Positions 35,522-37,121 of a stretch of DNA of 37,121 bases are shown here, one piece after another. Both the position numbers and the translations under genes were made by a program. The notes beneath the pieces are model-generated. The model did no database searches and was not told the origin of the DNA. It saw only the letters and a list, made by a program, of their open reading frames with translations. The stretch's first letter is position 1; every line of letters begins with the position of its first letter. The DNA is from a virus. The stretch covers positions 1 to 37,121 of IMG/VR virus record IMGVR_UViG_3300028627_000020; one strand, given 5' to 3'.

Positions 35522-37121
35522 TTATGCATTACTGATTTCTAACTTACCGCCGGTGCTATTATAGAATGTAAAATTAAATTCACCGTTAAGAAATCCTGCA
35601 GTAATTTTTTCTGCTATTTTATTTCCAATTGTTTCTGCCATTTGATTCCATTGTGCAGTTTGGTCCGCAGTTGATTGAGTAATAGTTCCACCTCTTGTTC
35701 CTGATGAAGTAGGTGCCGGGGCACTTTTTGCAGCTGTTGCAGCAGCAACTGAGAATGATTCAAACTTACTTACATCTAATTTACCCATCGATTCAACAAG
35801 CAATTGAACATTTTGGGCCATTGAACCTATAGACGCTGAAATTCTATCAATTCCATCACTGGATTTTGACATTTTATCTAACGTGTCTATAACCTTTGAG
35901 AAAGACTTAAGTTTTGTGTCTATTCTATCTGCACCAGTTAGATCAACTCCCTTCAATTGTGTTTCAAGACTAGATACGAATTTACTTATAGCTGTAACAA
36001 TTCCCTTTGTAACAACATCAATTTCTATAGGTTTACTTCCTGGAATAATTTGCCCGTTAGCATCAAGTCTCGGTATTTTTCCATCTTCGCCATAATCTGC
36101 AAGTTTTTGAATTATTTCAGAGAATGCCAGTATTCCTGCCAATAAACCACTTTTTTCTCTTCCACGAGATTTCTTTTCTCCCATAAGAGCTTTAGTAAGT
36201 TTGTCCATTTGTGTACGGGAACTACCACCAATGTTAAAGTTAGGGGCTTCATTACCCATTTCAGTAGCAAACTTTGAAAATGCAGAAACTATGTTTTTAA
36301 CAATACTTGTAATAGTTATAGGTTTATTCTTCAGTTCCTTAGGATCAATTATAGGATCACCTTTAGCGTCATATTCAATAAAGGTCATTTTTCCTGTTGC
36401 CCCTAATTCTGCAAAAGTTCGAAGTGTATCAGAAAAATCACTAATGCCTGAAAGCATACCTTTTTTGCCCATTATTGTTTTCTTGAAAGTATGCATACGT
36501 CTTCCAAGTTCACCTTCTCGTCTAAACATTGTTTCTTTACCTACTAATCCTTGAACGAATAGTGTAAATGCTTTAGTAATATTTGTAACTATTGTTGTTA
36601 TTGGAACATGTACTCCTTGACCAGTTTCTTCATTTCTTACGAATATTTCACCTTTAGCCCCAAATTTTGAGAATGTATCTATTGTTTCAGCAAATTCTGA
36701 GATACCAGAAATTAATCCTTTTTTACCTACTAAGGATCTGCTTAATATTTTAAGAGACCTTGCCTGAGTTCTTGTTAAATTTTGTGTATTGTTAATTAAT
36801 GAATTTAAGAATAATCCAAATGTATCTGCTATTGATTGGGCAATATGAGTTACATGGATTTTTTTGCTGTCATCAATTTTTGGCACTAAATTACCTTCAG
36901 CGTCTTCAATATATTCAAGTGAAGCTATTTCACCTACCTTAGAAAATGCTCTCAATCCTGACGCAAATTTTGACAATGAACCCGCAATATTACCAAAAAT
37001 TTTAAGAACTCTTTTAACCCTTCTAAATTGGACAATATCTCCTCGATCTAAATCAAGACGATTGTCTTGAACAGTTGCATTTGGATCTCCTGTTATTCCA
37101 CGAATAATACCGTTTAACACA
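35522..37121 (-). CDS. Large repeat-containing protein (partial), possibly tape-measure or tail associated
   Basis: Frame is open to the window edge. About four tandem ~90-100 aa units (GKKG(L/M)(I/L)SGIS.F...F...G..G...I..IV..I...F..F...L). Confidence 0.7.
   Translation of the reverse strand, partial: VLNGIIRGITGDPNATVQDNRLDLDRGDIVQFRRVKRVLKIFGNIAGSLSKFASGLRAFSKVGEIASLEYIEDAEGNLVPKIDDSKKIHVTHIAQSIADTFGLFLNSLINNTQNLTRTQARSLKILSRSLVGKKGLISGISEFAETIDTFSKFGAKGEIFVRNEETGQGVHVPITTIVTNITKAFTLFVQGLVGKETMFRREGELGRRMHTFKKTIMGKKGMLSGISDFSDTLRTFAELGATGKMTFIEYDAKGDPIIDPKELKNKPITITSIVKNIVSAFSKFATEMGNEAPNFNIGGSSRTQMDKLTKALMGEKKSRGREKSGLLAGILAFSEIIQKLADYGEDGKIPRLDANGQIIPGSKPIEIDVVTKGIVTAISKFVSSLETQLKGVDLTGADRIDTKLKSFSKVIDTLDKMSKSSDGIDRISASIGSMAQNVQLLVESMGKLDVSKFESFSVAAATAAKSAPAPTSSGTRGGTITQSTADQTAQWNQMAETIGNKIAEKITAGFLNGEFNFTFYNSTGGKLEISNA

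Noticed and set aside
34439-37070. Plus-strand and nested ORFs within the minus-strand block (34439-34651, 34468-34659, 35883-36095, 35957-36145, 36201-36554, 36864-37070)
   Set aside because: Shadow ORFs opposite thyA, the GIY-YIG gene and the large repeat protein.
1-37121. Alternative genetic code (stop-codon reassignment)
   Set aside because: Conserved genes are full length under the standard code with tight packing. No genes appear fragmented at TAG or TGA.

Overview
AT-rich 37 kb segment of a large T4-like (jumbo) myovirus genome. The host is probably Bacteroidota (inference from A-rich start contexts without Shine-Dalgarno motifs and a Gly-Glu-starting tmRNA tag). Bases 1-32.3 kb are transcribed on + and 32.3-37.1 kb on -. 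The window holds recombination/replication genes (intein-containing RecA/UvsX, gp41-like helicase, gp47/gp46 Mre11-Rad50 homologues, DinG-family helicase, PD-(D/E)XK exonuclease), nucleotide metabolism (thyA, tmk, NDT-like), late and virion genes (gp55-like sigma, gp4, gp2, gp20 portal, gp15-like tail terminator), an ECF-type sigma factor, two glycosyltransferases, three free-standing endonuclease genes and many hypotheticals. Most notable: (1) a compact, circularly permuted two-piece tmRNA gene (20473-20730) with a full alanyl acceptor stem and tag GEQFKEYRMAA, followed by a GIY-YIG gene; (2) a GIY-YIG gene between a stranded 56-codon thyA 5' stub and a complete thyA, whose start codon overlaps the endonuclease stop; (3) small ORFs sharing a short N-terminal leader ending in (I/L/V)xE, resembling T4 capsid-targeting sequences. 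All protein calls come from motifs recognised by eye. No database searches were run.
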